In this document: positions 1-10,409 of the stretch, one piece after another | Numbering within the stretch: the first letter of the stretch is position 1 | Layout: the number at the start of each line of letters is the position of its first letter | From: Patescibacteria group bacterium | GTDB lineage: Bacteria; Patescibacteriota; Patescibacteriia; Magasanikbacterales; JBBTQS01 | Length of the DNA stretch: 64,000 bases | NCBI GenBank assembly: GCA_038065555.1 | Contig: JBBTQS010000001.1 | Location: 741 to 64,740 of the forward strand | Direction of reading: 5' to 3' | The notes under the pieces: generated by a model | What the model was told of the DNA's origin: nothing | The model's database searches: none | What the model saw: the letters and a program-made list of their open reading frames with translations, nothing else | Program-made: the position numbers and the translations under genes

Positions 1-1
1 T

Positions 2-1195
2 CACAAGTATCACGCCGCATTGGCAATGTCGGTTCTTGCGGCGCTTACGCGCCCTGAGGGACACATCTTTGTTCTTGTGGCGGCGGTGGCTACAATCGGC
101 TTCGTATTCAGGCATCAGCGATTTGTAGTGGCGATTTGGTCATTGTTGAAGTATGCAATGATCCCGATCGCGGTACTCACGTCGTACCATGCATGGCGAT
201 GGTCCTACTACGGTGATTTGTTGCCGAATACGTACTATATTAAGTCATCTAGTGGTGGGCTGATGAGTATGGGATTCGATGATCTGTTCAAAGTTTTCGA
301 CTTACAGGCTTTCATCTGGTTTCCACTACTTTCGCTTTTTGCTGTGATGCTTGTCACTGTGCAGAGTCCGAGGATCGGGTTGCGACTGGGTGCTCATTGG
401 CTTCTGGGTCTGTTTTTCTTCGCTTACCTTGTCTGGGTTGGAGGGGATGAAATGGCTCATGGGCGGATGCTTTTGCCAGGTTTGGCTATCATGGCTGCGC
501 TTGCAGGTGTAGCAATTTGGCTCGTACTCACTCGAGTGAGTAAAGCGTGGATAGTGCCTATATTCTCTCTGATGTTCGTCGGCGTTGTTTGTGCTAGTTT
601 GTACGAGACTCGTCGCGTTAGTGCTGAGTATCGTACCTGGTACGAAGACATGAAGGCGAGTCAGGGCGCATTGTGTCAGGATTTGGCCATGGCGCTCCCC
701 AAGGGAGCGTTGGTGGCGTATCAGGACATGGGGTTTTGTCCATATATTACGGAAGACCGGCTCCGGTTCATTGACTATATTGGATTAGTGACTCGGCCTG
801 TTGCAATGCTTCGTCACAAACTCCAGATCCCCATGTTCGGTGTCGTTCCTATAGCAGGGCAGGACAGCGGCAGTCGACGGCAGCAGTTTTGGGGTCAGAT
901 GTGTGATCTGATTTTTCAACAAGAGCCGTCTGCTATTGCGCTTCTGCTACGAGTTGACCAGCCACGACGAGAGATCATGATGCAGCGTGACATGCTCTCG
1001 GCAACAGAGTTCAAAGACTGGATAATACGAAACACGGGCAGCTTCGGGTTCTCGCCAGGACTGCAGTGGGATACCCGGTTCCAAGAGTACGAGATACGTG
1101 GTGTTTTCCCGCGTGACCAAGGTGGGGGGCATATATACCTCGTTTCGTTCGTTAGGCGAACGCCAATCATTGCGCAGGTGGGTAACTCACTGTGA
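2..1195 (+). CDS. Polytopic GT-C-type membrane glycosyltransferase (AftB/arabinofuranosyltransferase-like), 5'-partial
   Basis: Frame is open from the window edge. It has many TM segments and the motifs 'LTRPEG', 'YYGDLLPNTYYIK', 'VGGDEM..GR' and 'IDYIGLV', typical of this GT-C-like family. Confidence 0.6.
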   Translation, partial: HKYHAALAMSVLAALTRPEGHIFVLVAAVATIGFVFRHQRFVVAIWSLLKYAMIPIAVLTSYHAWRWSYYGDLLPNTYYIKSSSGGLMSMGFDDLFKVFDLQAFIWFPLLSLFAVMLVTVQSPRIGLRLGAHWLLGLFFFAYLVWVGGDEMAHGRMLLPGLAIMAALAGVAIWLVLTRVSKAWIVPIFSLMFVGVVCASLYETRRVSAEYRTWYEDMKASQGALCQDLAMALPKGALVAYQDMGFCPYITEDRLRFIDYIGLVTRPVAMLRHKLQIPMFGVVPIAGQDSGSRRQQFWGQMCDLIFQQEPSAIALLLRVDQPRREIMMQRDMLSATEFKDWIIRNTGSFGFSPGLQWDTRFQEYEIRGVFPRDQGGGHIYLVSFVRRTPIIAQVGNSL

Positions 1196-1223
1196 CGTAA
1201 TGTCTGATCGTTTGCTGCAAAAC

Positions 1224-1267
1224 AGAAAGGCGCACACCTCGAACGGGGATTGCGCTTTTCTTTTTTT
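1224..1267 (+). terminator. Intrinsic terminator
   Basis: Stem agaaaggcgca...tgcgcttttct followed by a T-run. Confidence 0.7.
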
Positions 1268-1351
1268 GTAGAAAATAGAACCATTTTTCTCTGCCTGACT
1301 GTTAGTTTTTGTGGTATACTAATAGCGCACATTCGTGCACGTTTTTTGCCT

Positions 1352-4300
1352 GTGAATTCACCTTTGTATTCCGGCATTTCCAGAATTTTTGCCCGATCTC
1401 TGATCGTGTGGCGTAGTTTTCTTATTGTATCGTTGCTCATGTGGACGAGCGCGTTGTCGCTGTGGATTCCAGGTTGGTTGTCGCGGTATGCGTATAGTGC
1501 GGCGATTAGTTGGGATGGGGGTGGAAGTACAACAGACTGGAATACAGCAGCGAATTGGAATCCAGATGGTGTACCAACAAGTGCAGATGATGTGACGATT
1601 AGCACGAGTGCAACGGTGTCCTCGACTGCTGCGGTATCCTTCAATTCACTGACCATCGGGGATGGCGCGGGATCAGTGACGTCAACGGTGCGCATTGCAA
1701 CACTCACGTCAGGTGGAAGTCTCACCGTGCGCCAAGGTGGAGTGTTTGAGCAGGCAAGTAGTAGCTCGACGCTGAGTTTTACTGGAAATATTGAAGTGCA
1801 AAGTGGTGGATATTTGACGCACAAGTTCAACAGCAGTACGCACACCGCGTCACTCAATATTTCGGCAGCAGGACTCGATATCCAGAGTGGTGGAATTCTA
1901 GATGCATCGTCACGTGGGTACGGTCCAACAGGGTATCCGAGTTGTGGGTCTTCTGGGGGCGCTGGTGGCCCAGGTGGTGGAATGGCAAGTAGTACAAATA
2001 GTGACTTGGGAACCTCTGGTGGTGGGTACGGTGGAGAAGGGGGTCATGGTAACACCAGTGGTATTAATTATTTGGCAGGCGGAACTGGGTATGGCTCGGC
2101 AAAAGCACCTGTTGATTTGGGTTCTTCGGGTGCAAATTCGAATGCTGGTGATAGCCGAGCCTGCGGTGGACGTGGTGGTGGCGCAGTCAAATTTACTATT
2201 ACTGGCGGTGGCACTGCCACTATTAATGGATTAGTTCGAGTCAATGGAGAGGTGGGAAGAGATTTTTCCTCATTCTATTCAGCTGGCGCTGGTTCTGCTG
2301 GTTCGGTTTGGATTGATTTTGCAGCAGGTGGAACATTCGCTGGGGCTGGAACAATTCAGGCAATTGGTGGAACAGGTGGTGGTGCAGGATATACACATGC
2401 GGGTGGTGGTGGAGGTGGCGGGCGTATCGCAATCACAGGGCACACCACCAAAACGTTCTCGGGTACCATGTCGTACTACGGAGGTACACGCGGCGATGGT
2501 GGATCAGCGACCGCCTATTACGGTGGACCTGGTACGCGATTTGAGAAGCTTTCGAGTGAAACAAATGGTAGGTTGTATTCGGATGGAAATAGTTTGAATG
2601 CGAGAGCACGAAGAGCAATCATCACGTCTGACAGTGCGTTGACGTTCGATGATATCTATCTCACTGCGAGTACGACGCTTGCGATCACAACCACAACGGC
2701 CGTGACTATTACGTCTACGACGTTGGGGTATTCCACTCCAACGTCGACTCTCGAAGTACTAGGAACGCTTGCGTTGCCGTCTTCGTTCACTGTTCCTGTG
2801 TTCAATACGTTCATTGCATCTTCGACGGGTATTAGTGGTGTGACAGATTTGCGAGTGAACGGTCAAATGGTTCTGAAGAACACGTCTACTTCGACAGCGC
2901 TGTCACTCACATCGCTCTACGTCGCTGGTGAGATGACACACTCGTTTGCGTCATCTACAAATACGTATTCAACACTGACGATCAGTGCTGTGTCGTCTAC
3001 GATCACAGGGCGATTGGGCGCAGACAACGTAGGATACATCGGTGGACGCAATGGAACATCAAATGGTGTGGGGTTAGGCGGTGGTACGTATGGATCGGAT
3101 TGGTATGGTGGCGGTGGTGCGTATGGTGGAACCGGTGGAACTGGAGGGGGTACTGGCGCTACGGGTGGAACCTCAAATGGTTCATCGACAACACCGCACT
3201 ATAGCGCTGGCTCAGGTGGTGCGAGTGGTCTCATTTCTGAGATTACTGGTGGTAATGGTGGTGGTATTGTGTATTTGACGACGAGCGCGACAACGACAAT
3301 TGCAAGCACAGGCTACATTAGCGCAAACGGTGGCGCAGGAACACATGGATGTGGTGGAACTGCGGGTGCAAGTGGTGGTGGATCAGGTGGTGGTGTGTAC
3401 TTGAATGTTGGCGGACTTGCGGGAAGTGGTGTGATCAGCGCTAACGGAGGTGCAGCAGGATCTAACGATGGGTCATGTTATGGAGGTACAGGTGGTGGTG
3501 GTCGTATTATGATCAGCGCTGGGTATTCTGCATTTTCTGGAACGGTAACAACCTCGCCTGGTGTGAACGCGGTTGCGACGCCCAATCGTGGTGGTGTTGG
3601 CTCGATTGTTTGGGCACCATCGGCACCATCGACGTTGTATGTGAATGCGACCAATGCGCAGGGGAGTTCGGTATCGTCATTGGTGTCATCAACGGCACCA
3701 CATTTCTCGGCGATTTTCGTTGATAGCGACACGAGCGATTCTGCAACAAAGGCGCGAATTCAAGTGAGCACTGTCTCAACATTCTTGAGCACATTGTGGG
3801 ATTCTGGGGCAGGTGGAACGACGATTACAACGTGTGCGAAGGATGCGCGATGTCAGGATTTGGTGTATGGATCATTTGGATCTGCGCCAACAGCACTCGC
3901 GCTCAATGATGACGTGGACGAGAATACACAGACCTCGTACTATTGGCGACTTAAATATTATGATGCGGCAGGTGCTGAGGGTGCGTATTCTGCGACAAAT
4001 AGCTTCACACTCCTCGACGCACCTAACGAGCCAACGACGCTCGTGACTTCGTCTGTTGCTACAACAGAGATTGGACTGACATGGGTAGATAATTCGTCGA
4101 TTGAGGACAACTATATTGTCGACTCTTCAACCGATGGTGTGACGTTCACAACATTCGCAACGTCGTCTGCCAACACGACCAGTGCAACGGTGACGGGACT
4201 CTCCGCGAATGTGCAATATACGTTCCGTGTTCGTGCGTATAATGTGGCGGGATATTCGGCAAATGCTACGTCATCTGCGGTGTACACATCGGCTGCTGTT

Positions 4301-7300
4301 CCAACGTCGCTCACTGCATCGGCAAATGGGAGTACGGGTGCTGTGTTGAGTTGGGGTTCCAATGGCAATGGTCCTTCGACTTCGTATCAAATTGAGAATG
4401 TCACAACAGCAGCGACTGTCTCGGGGATTTCAGTAACAAGTTATTCTGTGACTGGACTCTCGCCGGCAACAACATATGCATTCCGAGTGCGCGCGATCAA
4501 CGGTGATAACCAAGCATCTGCGTACACCGCAGAAGTAACGGTGACAACGGCTTCGGCGGGTGGCGCTGCAAATGGCGGGAGTGTGCCACCAACGAATTTG
4601 TCGTCTGCGATTGTTATCAACGATGAAGCTGCAACAACAACCAAGCGTCTGGTCAAAATTCGTGTGATCGATGCAAAGGCGTCTGAGGTTGCGCTGTCAA
4701 ACACAGGGGATTGGTCCAAGTCTGTGTGGATGCCCATTGCACAAGATCGAACAGTCTCATGGGAATTGTCTGCAGAGAGCGGGCTGAAGACTGTCTATGC
4801 GCGCGCGCAGACGCCAACAGGATTTGTCGGAGCAACAGAGACGGCGACGATCTTCCTCAATGAACTCTTGCCGCCAGATTATCGCCTGATCAATATCAAG
4901 GATGGCGATACGATTCCGATGAACTTGTCTGATCCATTCAAGCCGTCGTATCACCGATTGGATGTGACTGGTAAGGGATTATATGCAGGGTTCCCAGCAA
5001 CCCTGACGTTGGCGTATCTGCCGACTACTGGGTTGAATGCGGGGCGTGAGCTCGTGAAGACTCCGAAGGCGATTCCAATTGGGCCTGTCACGTTTGCAAA
5101 TAGTACATGGTCGATGCCTCAGTTGAATATTGGGTTGCCAGGAAATTACTGGTTGAAGATCGAAGCACGTGATGAGAAGACAGGTGAGATTGTACAGACG
5201 GTGAAATACAACTTCACCTTGGTGCCTGGTGGGTATGGGACAAGCGGTGACTACGTGAGTATTAACAACGAAAAGACGTTGTCTAATTCACGAGTGTTGC
5301 CAATCTATGCGTCGGTTCTGAATGCGAAGTCGTTCTGGGTTGCGTATGGATTTGAATTCCAGAACCCGATATACAATCCGGATAATCGCAAGTATGACGC
5401 CATGCCGTGGGATGGATCGATCACGGTTCCGTATGATGGGCAGCATACGATCGGATTCCGCGCGTTCAACCAAGTTGGCGAAGAAATCTACAAGCGCACA
5501 TTCTCCGTGTATGTAGACACGCAGCCACCAGCTCCACCGCAGCTGTCATTGAAGGTACAGAACAAAGACTTGCTAATCTCTGGTCAGGCGGAACCGCTTT
5601 CTACAGTCTTGTTGACCAAGGGATTCACACCTGCAGATTCGACTGCGATTCTTCCTACGACTGCAGCGTGGAGGTATAGCGCAACTGACGCGCCGATCTC
5701 TATTCCTGTTGGCACGAGTGGTCTCTGGTCGTATACATTCAAGGATCAACCGGTCGGATCATACCAATTTGTTGCAAGAGTGATAGACGACGCAGGGAAC
5801 ACAGGGGATCCTGCAGCAGTCTACACGATTCTTCGTGACGAACTTCCTCAGCCAGAGAACCTGGTTGCTGTGTCTATCGCGATTGATGGAGGTGCAATGT
5901 CTACATCCAAGAAGGAAGTGGTGCTCACCGTGAAGGCAACGGGTGCAACGCACATGCAGGTTGTGAACGGATTCTCGTTTGCGCAGAGTGCGTGGGTGCC
6001 GTATGTCACGTCGTATGCATGGAATCTAGCGCCGATTGCAGGGAGTCAGGATCGAACGGTGTGTGTGCGATTTCGCAATGCCGCGGGGCAAGTCACGGAT
6101 CCGATTTGCGACAGTATTTATGCGATGGATGATGGAGCGCCAAGAATTGTCTCGTTCAAGGTTACAAGTGGTGCCACAACAAAGTCTCGTACTGTGAATA
6201 TTCGTGTCGAGGTAGCCAACGCAGATACCTATTATTTGAGCAACACATTGGGCGCAAATCAGGGAATTCTTTATCCTGCGAAGACGAAGGATGTTAGCTG
6301 GTTGCTCACCAGTGGCTATGGAGTGAAGAAGGTAAATCTGTGGGCAGTGGGGAAGGGTGGAATTGGTGCTGCTGCGAAGTCTACGGTTACTGTCTTGTAT
6401 GCTTCGGGAGAGAGCGAGCCTGAACAGCCTGTTGATGAGCCTGCAAAACCAGACAAGCCAGCTGATGACAAACCAACAGATGATCCAAGTAAGCCAGGGG
6501 ACGAACCTGCGCAGCCAGATGATACGCCGGCGCAACCTGGGGATGATGGAGATGGCGAACCTGTTGATGGTCCAGCAGATGGAGATGCTGATAACGATGG
6601 TATTCCTGATAGTCAGGATCCTGATGCGGCGGGTGGGGATGATAGTGCTGGCGGTGATACTGCAGGTTCTGATGATTTCACTGGTCCTAATGGCGAACCA
6701 TTGACTCCCGAAGAGCAGGCAGCTGCAGCAGCGGCAGCAGCTGCGTCTCGTGCAGCAGGTGGTAGTCTCGAGGATCAGTTGGCAGCGGCAGCGCGAGCCG
6801 TTGCGCAATTGCGAGCACAAAAGACGCAGGCTCAAGAGTCAGTACCTGCGCAGATTGCACGCAGAACCAGAGAAGTGGCTCGCACTGCATTTGCAGGTGT
6901 AGCAACTGTCTCGCGCGAAACCGTTGCGATTGTGAGTGAGTTCGTGGACAATCCGACAGTTGAAGTTGCAACCGAACAAGTAGTTGCGCCAACTGCTGCA
7001 GTTGTCGCTGTTGCCAACGCTGCCGTCGCGGTTGCAGCAACCGGGTCGCTGCCTGCGTACTTGTACTTCATCTTCACGCAGCCATTCTTCTTGCTGCGCC
7101 GTCGCCGACGCGAAGGATGGGGTGTGGTGTATAACGCAGGTACCAAGTTGCCTGTTGATTTGGCACTCGTACGTCTGGTTGATGCCAACTCTGGACGCAT
7201 CGTGCAGACGCGCGTCAGTGATGTGCAAGGACGTTTTGCCTTCTTCGCTGCACCAGGACGATATCGCATTGAGGTGCGCAAGCCCAAGTTCGCATTCCCA

Positions 7301-8029
7301 GTTCCAGCGCTTGAAGGACGTCGTGAGGATGGAGCATTTGCAGCACTCTATCACGGTGAAATCATCGAAGTTGCTGGCGTTCCTGTGTATCTCACACCAT
7401 CAATTCCACTTGATCCAGAGGAAGATCGCCGTACTCCAGATATGATTGATCGCGCGCGAGTGAAGGGTGTGCTGCACAATGTTGTTTCGTTGGGTGGTGC
7501 GGTCGTAGCACTCGTGTCGCTTGTGATTTCGCCATCGTGGATTGTTGGCGGTGCGCTCGTGCTTCACGTTGGATCAACGTACCTGTTCCGTCGACTTGCG
7601 AAACGTCGCACAGCAACCGAGTGGGGAGTGGTGCAAAAATCTGGAGAGAAGAAGCATCCGCTGCAAAAGGCGATTGTGCGATTGTTCGATGCGCAGTACA
7701 ACAAGTTGCTCGAGACACAAGTGACAACGTCCGATGGTAAATATGCATTCCTCGTAGGTCCAAGTTCGTTCTATGTGACGTATGAGAAGATGGGATTTGA
7801 GAAGAAGAAAACTGAGATTATTGAGGTGACAAAATCGCAGGATGTTATTGCACGACTTGAAGTACTTGACGCAGCAGGAACCGCAGCTCCGACTGCTCCT
7901 CCTGTTGCGACTGACTCGTCAGCTGAGCCAGTGCAAGCTGCGTCTGCAACTCCTGCATTACACCTCGCAGCAGACACTTCTGCGGCTGCAATGCGTGATC
8001 GTGCGCTCTACGGAGAGAGGGATTCATAG
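1352..8029 (+). CDS. Giant cell-surface protein: Gly-rich repeat N-terminal region, fibronectin type III domains, Ig-like domains, acidic D/P linker and C-terminal membrane anchor with carboxypeptidase-regulatory-like domains
   Basis: 2259-codon ORF (1250..8029). The start is placed at GTG 1352 after the extended -10 gtggtatact; GTG 1406 is an alternative. Signal-like N-terminus, GGGYGG..GS.G..GG.GGG repeats, FN3 motifs 'LTWVDNS', 'TGLSANVQYTFRVRAYN' and 'GLSPATTYAFRVRAIN', and C-terminal 'WGVVYNAGTKLPVDLALVRL..GRFAF' either side of TM helices. Confidence 0.75.
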   Translation: MNSPLYSGISRIFARSLIVWRSFLIVSLLMWTSALSLWIPGWLSRYAYSAAISWDGGGSTTDWNTAANWNPDGVPTSADDVTISTSATVSSTAAVSFNSLTIGDGAGSVTSTVRIATLTSGGSLTVRQGGVFEQASSSSTLSFTGNIEVQSGGYLTHKFNSSTHTASLNISAAGLDIQSGGILDASSRGYGPTGYPSCGSSGGAGGPGGGMASSTNSDLGTSGGGYGGEGGHGNTSGINYLAGGTGYGSAKAPVDLGSSGANSNAGDSRACGGRGGGAVKFTITGGGTATINGLVRVNGEVGRDFSSFYSAGAGSAGSVWIDFAAGGTFAGAGTIQAIGGTGGGAGYTHAGGGGGGGRIAITGHTTKTFSGTMSYYGGTRGDGGSATAYYGGPGTRFEKLSSETNGRLYSDGNSLNARARRAIITSDSALTFDDIYLTASTTLAITTTTAVTITSTTLGYSTPTSTLEVLGTLALPSSFTVPVFNTFIASSTGISGVTDLRVNGQMVLKNTSTSTALSLTSLYVAGEMTHSFASSTNTYSTLTISAVSSTITGRLGADNVGYIGGRNGTSNGVGLGGGTYGSDWYGGGGAYGGTGGTGGGTGATGGTSNGSSTTPHYSAGSGGASGLISEITGGNGGGIVYLTTSATTTIASTGYISANGGAGTHGCGGTAGASGGGSGGGVYLNVGGLAGSGVISANGGAAGSNDGSCYGGTGGGGRIMISAGYSAFSGTVTTSPGVNAVATPNRGGVGSIVWAPSAPSTLYVNATNAQGSSVSSLVSSTAPHFSAIFVDSDTSDSATKARIQVSTVSTFLSTLWDSGAGGTTITTCAKDARCQDLVYGSFGSAPTALALNDDVDENTQTSYYWRLKYYDAAGAEGAYSATNSFTLLDAPNEPTTLVTSSVATTEIGLTWVDNSSIEDNYIVDSSTDGVTFTTFATSSANTTSATVTGLSANVQYTFRVRAYNVAGYSANATSSAVYTSAAVPTSLTASANGSTGAVLSWGSNGNGPSTSYQIENVTTAATVSGISVTSYSVTGLSPATTYAFRVRAINGDNQASAYTAEVTVTTASAGGAANGGSVPPTNLSSAIVINDEAATTTKRLVKIRVIDAKASEVALSNTGDWSKSVWMPIAQDRTVSWELSAESGLKTVYARAQTPTGFVGATETATIFLNELLPPDYRLINIKDGDTIPMNLSDPFKPSYHRLDVTGKGLYAGFPATLTLAYLPTTGLNAGRELVKTPKAIPIGPVTFANSTWSMPQLNIGLPGNYWLKIEARDEKTGEIVQTVKYNFTLVPGGYGTSGDYVSINNEKTLSNSRVLPIYASVLNAKSFWVAYGFEFQNPIYNPDNRKYDAMPWDGSITVPYDGQHTIGFRAFNQVGEEIYKRTFSVYVDTQPPAPPQLSLKVQNKDLLISGQAEPLSTVLLTKGFTPADSTAILPTTAAWRYSATDAPISIPVGTSGLWSYTFKDQPVGSYQFVARVIDDAGNTGDPAAVYTILRDELPQPENLVAVSIAIDGGAMSTSKKEVVLTVKATGATHMQVVNGFSFAQSAWVPYVTSYAWNLAPIAGSQDRTVCVRFRNAAGQVTDPICDSIYAMDDGAPRIVSFKVTSGATTKSRTVNIRVEVANADTYYLSNTLGANQGILYPAKTKDVSWLLTSGYGVKKVNLWAVGKGGIGAAAKSTVTVLYASGESEPEQPVDEPAKPDKPADDKPTDDPSKPGDEPAQPDDTPAQPGDDGDGEPVDGPADGDADNDGIPDSQDPDAAGGDDSAGGDTAGSDDFTGPNGEPLTPEEQAAAAAAAAASRAAGGSLEDQLAAAARAVAQLRAQKTQAQESVPAQIARRTREVARTAFAGVATVSRETVAIVSEFVDNPTVEVATEQVVAPTAAVVAVANAAVAVAATGSLPAYLYFIFTQPFFLLRRRRREGWGVVYNAGTKLPVDLALVRLVDANSGRIVQTRVSDVQGRFAFFAAPGRYRIEVRKPKFAFPVPALEGRREDGAFAALYHGEIIEVAGVPVYLTPSIPLDPEEDRRTPDMIDRARVKGVLHNVVSLGGAVVALVSLVISPSWIVGGALVLHVGSTYLFRRLAKRRTATEWGVVQKSGEKKHPLQKAIVRLFDAQYNKLLETQVTTSDGKYAFLVGPSSFYVTYEKMGFEKKKTEIIEVTKSQDVIARLEVLDAAGTAAPTAPPVATDSSAEPVQAASATPALHLAADTSAAAMRDRALYGERDS

Positions 8030-8099
8030 CGTGTTTGGCGGGTGGACAGAGGAGCTTTCGGATGCTATACTGGCTTGCAGCATTGTAGTCGCCATCATT

Positions 8100-8708
8100 A
8101 TGGATGAACAGAAACCATACACTCCTTACGAGCCTCCGCAGAGCCCCAATGGCGCTGCTGCGAGAATTGTGATTACCGAGCTCATTAAGATTGTCTGTGT
8201 AGTCGCAATTGTCGTGTGGTTGGTACAGTATTTCCTCTTCCGACCTTTCACCGTGAAGGGCGCGAGCATGGAGCCTAATTACGAGACGCGACAGTATTTG
8301 ATTATTGACAAGGTGACGTATCGATTCAACGAGCCACAGCGTGGAGATGTGGTTGTCTTGCGTCATAACGAGGACATTCGTGAGTATTTCCTCAAGCGTG
8401 TTGTCGCACTTCCTGGCGAGCGCATTCGTATTCAGCATGGCAAGGTGACAATCTACGATGGTGCACACCCTGATGGGGTGATTCTTGATGAACATGCATA
8501 CTTGGATCCGGCGATCTCGACCAATGGCGAGCTCATTATGACCATGGGGTCAGATGAATATTTTGTCCTGGGCGACAATCGTCCCGTGAGTCAGGACTCT
8601 CGTATTATTGGTCCGGTCAAACGCGCAGATATTATTGGACGTGTATGGCTTCGCGGATGGCCGCTTGACAAATTCGGTCGAATTGACCACCCTCTCTATA
8701 ACTTTTAA
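8100..8708 (+). CDS. lepB: Signal peptidase I
   Basis: Motifs 'VKGASMEPN', 'RGDVVV', 'LKRVVALPGE', 'YFVLGDNRPVSQDSR'. Confidence 0.95.
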   Translation: MDEQKPYTPYEPPQSPNGAAARIVITELIKIVCVVAIVVWLVQYFLFRPFTVKGASMEPNYETRQYLIIDKVTYRFNEPQRGDVVVLRHNEDIREYFLKRVVALPGERIRIQHGKVTIYDGAHPDGVILDEHAYLDPAISTNGELIMTMGSDEYFVLGDNRPVSQDSRIIGPVKRADIIGRVWLRGWPLDKFGRIDHPLYNF

Positions 8709-8717
8709 TTGACTCGC

Positions 8718-10052
8718 ATGATCAAGAAACCAGCAGCAAAGGCAGCTCCAGTAGCGGCGCCAGAGGAGACTACGAAGAAGAAGATCAAAACACCGCAGGT
8801 GATTCGTGGCATGCGCGATATTTTGCCTGAGGACGAACCATATTGGCGACATGCGTATGAGACTGCACAGCGTGTTGCTGATGCGTATGGATTCTCGCGC
8901 ATTGAGACGCCAATTGTAGAGCCAGAAGAACTTTTTGTTCGCTCCGTTGGCAAGGCATCTGACATCGTAGAAAAAGAAATGTACTCGTTCCAGGATTCGG
9001 ACGGGGACAAGATTTGCTTGCGCCCAGAAGTAACAGCATCGTTGTGCCGCGCATACATTGCCAACGGAATGTTCGCAAAACCACAGCCGCAAAAGTTGTG
9101 GGTGTGGGGACCGATGTTCCGCCACGATCGTCCACAGGCCGGTCGATATCGCCAGTTCTATCAAGCAGACTTCGAGATCATTGGTAATGCGTCGCCAATC
9201 GTGGATGCACAGGTGATTCTCTTGACGTGGACGTTCTTCAAGGAACTTGGCATCAACGCAGAAATTCGCATCAACAGTATTGGATCTCCAGAAGACCGCA
9301 CACGATACAAAATGGAGCTCGTACAGTGGTATCGCACGCGCAAAAAGGAATTGTGCGAGAACTGTCTCAAGCGACTCGTGAAGAATCCGCTTCGATTGCT
9401 TGACTGCAAGGAGGCAGGTTGCCGTGCGCTGCGTGCTGACGCGCCACAGATTCTCGATTGGTTGAGCGCGCCATCGAAGGCGCACTTCATGGCAGTACTC
9501 GAGTACCTCGATGAGCTCGAGATCCCATATTTCCTCGATCCATTCATTGTGCGCGGACTCGATTACTACACGCACACTGTCTTTGAGTTCGTGGCAAATG
9601 ATGCAGACGATTCCAAGGCGCAGATTGCACTGTGCGGTGGTGGACGCTATGACTTGCTCGTAGAGCAGTTGGGTGGCAAGCCAACAGCAGCGTGTGGTGT
9701 GGCTCCTGGTATTGACCGTGCGGTGCTTGCGATGAAGGCGCAGAATGTTGTGCCGCCAGCTCAGCCCAAGCCACAGATTTTTGTGGCACAGCTCGGGGAG
9801 CAGGGTCGCCGTCGCGCGATCGCGCTTTATGAGAAGCTCCGCCAGGCTGGATTTGTGCTTACAGAGGCTTTTTCGAAGGAATCGTTGAAAACCCAGCTTG
9901 ACAGCGCCAACGAAAAAGGGGTACCATTTGTACTTCTGGTTGGTCAGCGCGAAGTTATGGATAATACCGTAATCATTCGTGACATGGAGTCGGGCAACCA
10001 AGAAGTCGTAGACTATCACAAAATTGTCTCCGAAATGAAAAAGAAAGTATAA
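8718..10052 (+). CDS. hisS: Histidine--tRNA ligase
   Basis: Motifs 'RGMRDILP', 'KEMYSF', 'LRPEVTA', 'RPQAGRYRQFYQ', 'VRGLDYYTHTVFE', 'GGGRYD'. Confidence 0.97.
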   Translation: MIKKPAAKAAPVAAPEETTKKKIKTPQVIRGMRDILPEDEPYWRHAYETAQRVADAYGFSRIETPIVEPEELFVRSVGKASDIVEKEMYSFQDSDGDKICLRPEVTASLCRAYIANGMFAKPQPQKLWVWGPMFRHDRPQAGRYRQFYQADFEIIGNASPIVDAQVILLTWTFFKELGINAEIRINSIGSPEDRTRYKMELVQWYRTRKKELCENCLKRLVKNPLRLLDCKEAGCRALRADAPQILDWLSAPSKAHFMAVLEYLDELEIPYFLDPFIVRGLDYYTHTVFEFVANDADDSKAQIALCGGGRYDLLVEQLGGKPTAACGVAPGIDRAVLAMKAQNVVPPAQPKPQIFVAQLGEQGRRRAIALYEKLRQAGFVLTEAFSKESLKTQLDSANEKGVPFVLLVGQREVMDNTVIIRDMESGNQEVVDYHKIVSEMKKKV

Positions 10053-10078
10053 TTTTCTTGGAAAGTGAGGTGAACCCT

Positions 10079-10321
10079 ATGGTAGAAGTAAAACGCAAGA
10101 AAGGTGAAAGTTTTGAAGCGTTCATGCGCCGGTTCCGTACCGTCGTGAAGATGAGCGGTATTTCCCTCCAGGCCAAGAAGATTCAGTTCTTCGGTCGCGA
10201 GAAGAACAAAACAGCACGTAACAAATCAGCAGTCACACGCGTAGAACAGTCACAAAAGCGCGCTTGGCTCATGAAGACCGGTCAATTGAAAGAAGAAGAG
10301 CACAAAGGACGTCGCCGCTAA
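10079..10321 (+). CDS. rpsU: 30S ribosomal protein bS21
   Basis: 'MVEVKRKKGESFEAFMRRF' basic small protein with SD gaggtg, in the rpsU-yqeY context. Confidence 0.85.
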   Translation: MVEVKRKKGESFEAFMRRFRTVVKMSGISLQAKKIQFFGREKNKTARNKSAVTRVEQSQKRAWLMKTGQLKEEEHKGRRR

Positions 10322-10342
10322 GGTACGTACGAGCTCTGGCTC

Positions 10343-10376
10343 ACGAAAAACAACTTCGCAAGAAGTTGTTTTTCGT
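10343..10376 (+). terminator. Intrinsic terminator after rpsU
   Basis: Perfect hairpin acgaaaaacaacttc-gcaa-gaagttgtttttcgt. Confidence 0.75.
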
Positions 10377-10409
10377 TGTATACTAGTGCCATCATCTTTA
10401 TCCACTGCT

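Noticed and set aside
1238-1249. 12-mer ctcgaacgggga repeated at 30588-30599
   Set aside because: The contexts are unrelated (terminator loop vs small ORF), so this is probably chance.
8550-10019. Long antisense ORFs (489 aa opposite hisS; also 916-1857, 23822-24775, 25797-26735, 57418-58452)
   Set aside because: These are shadow frames of well-supported genes and have no motifs.
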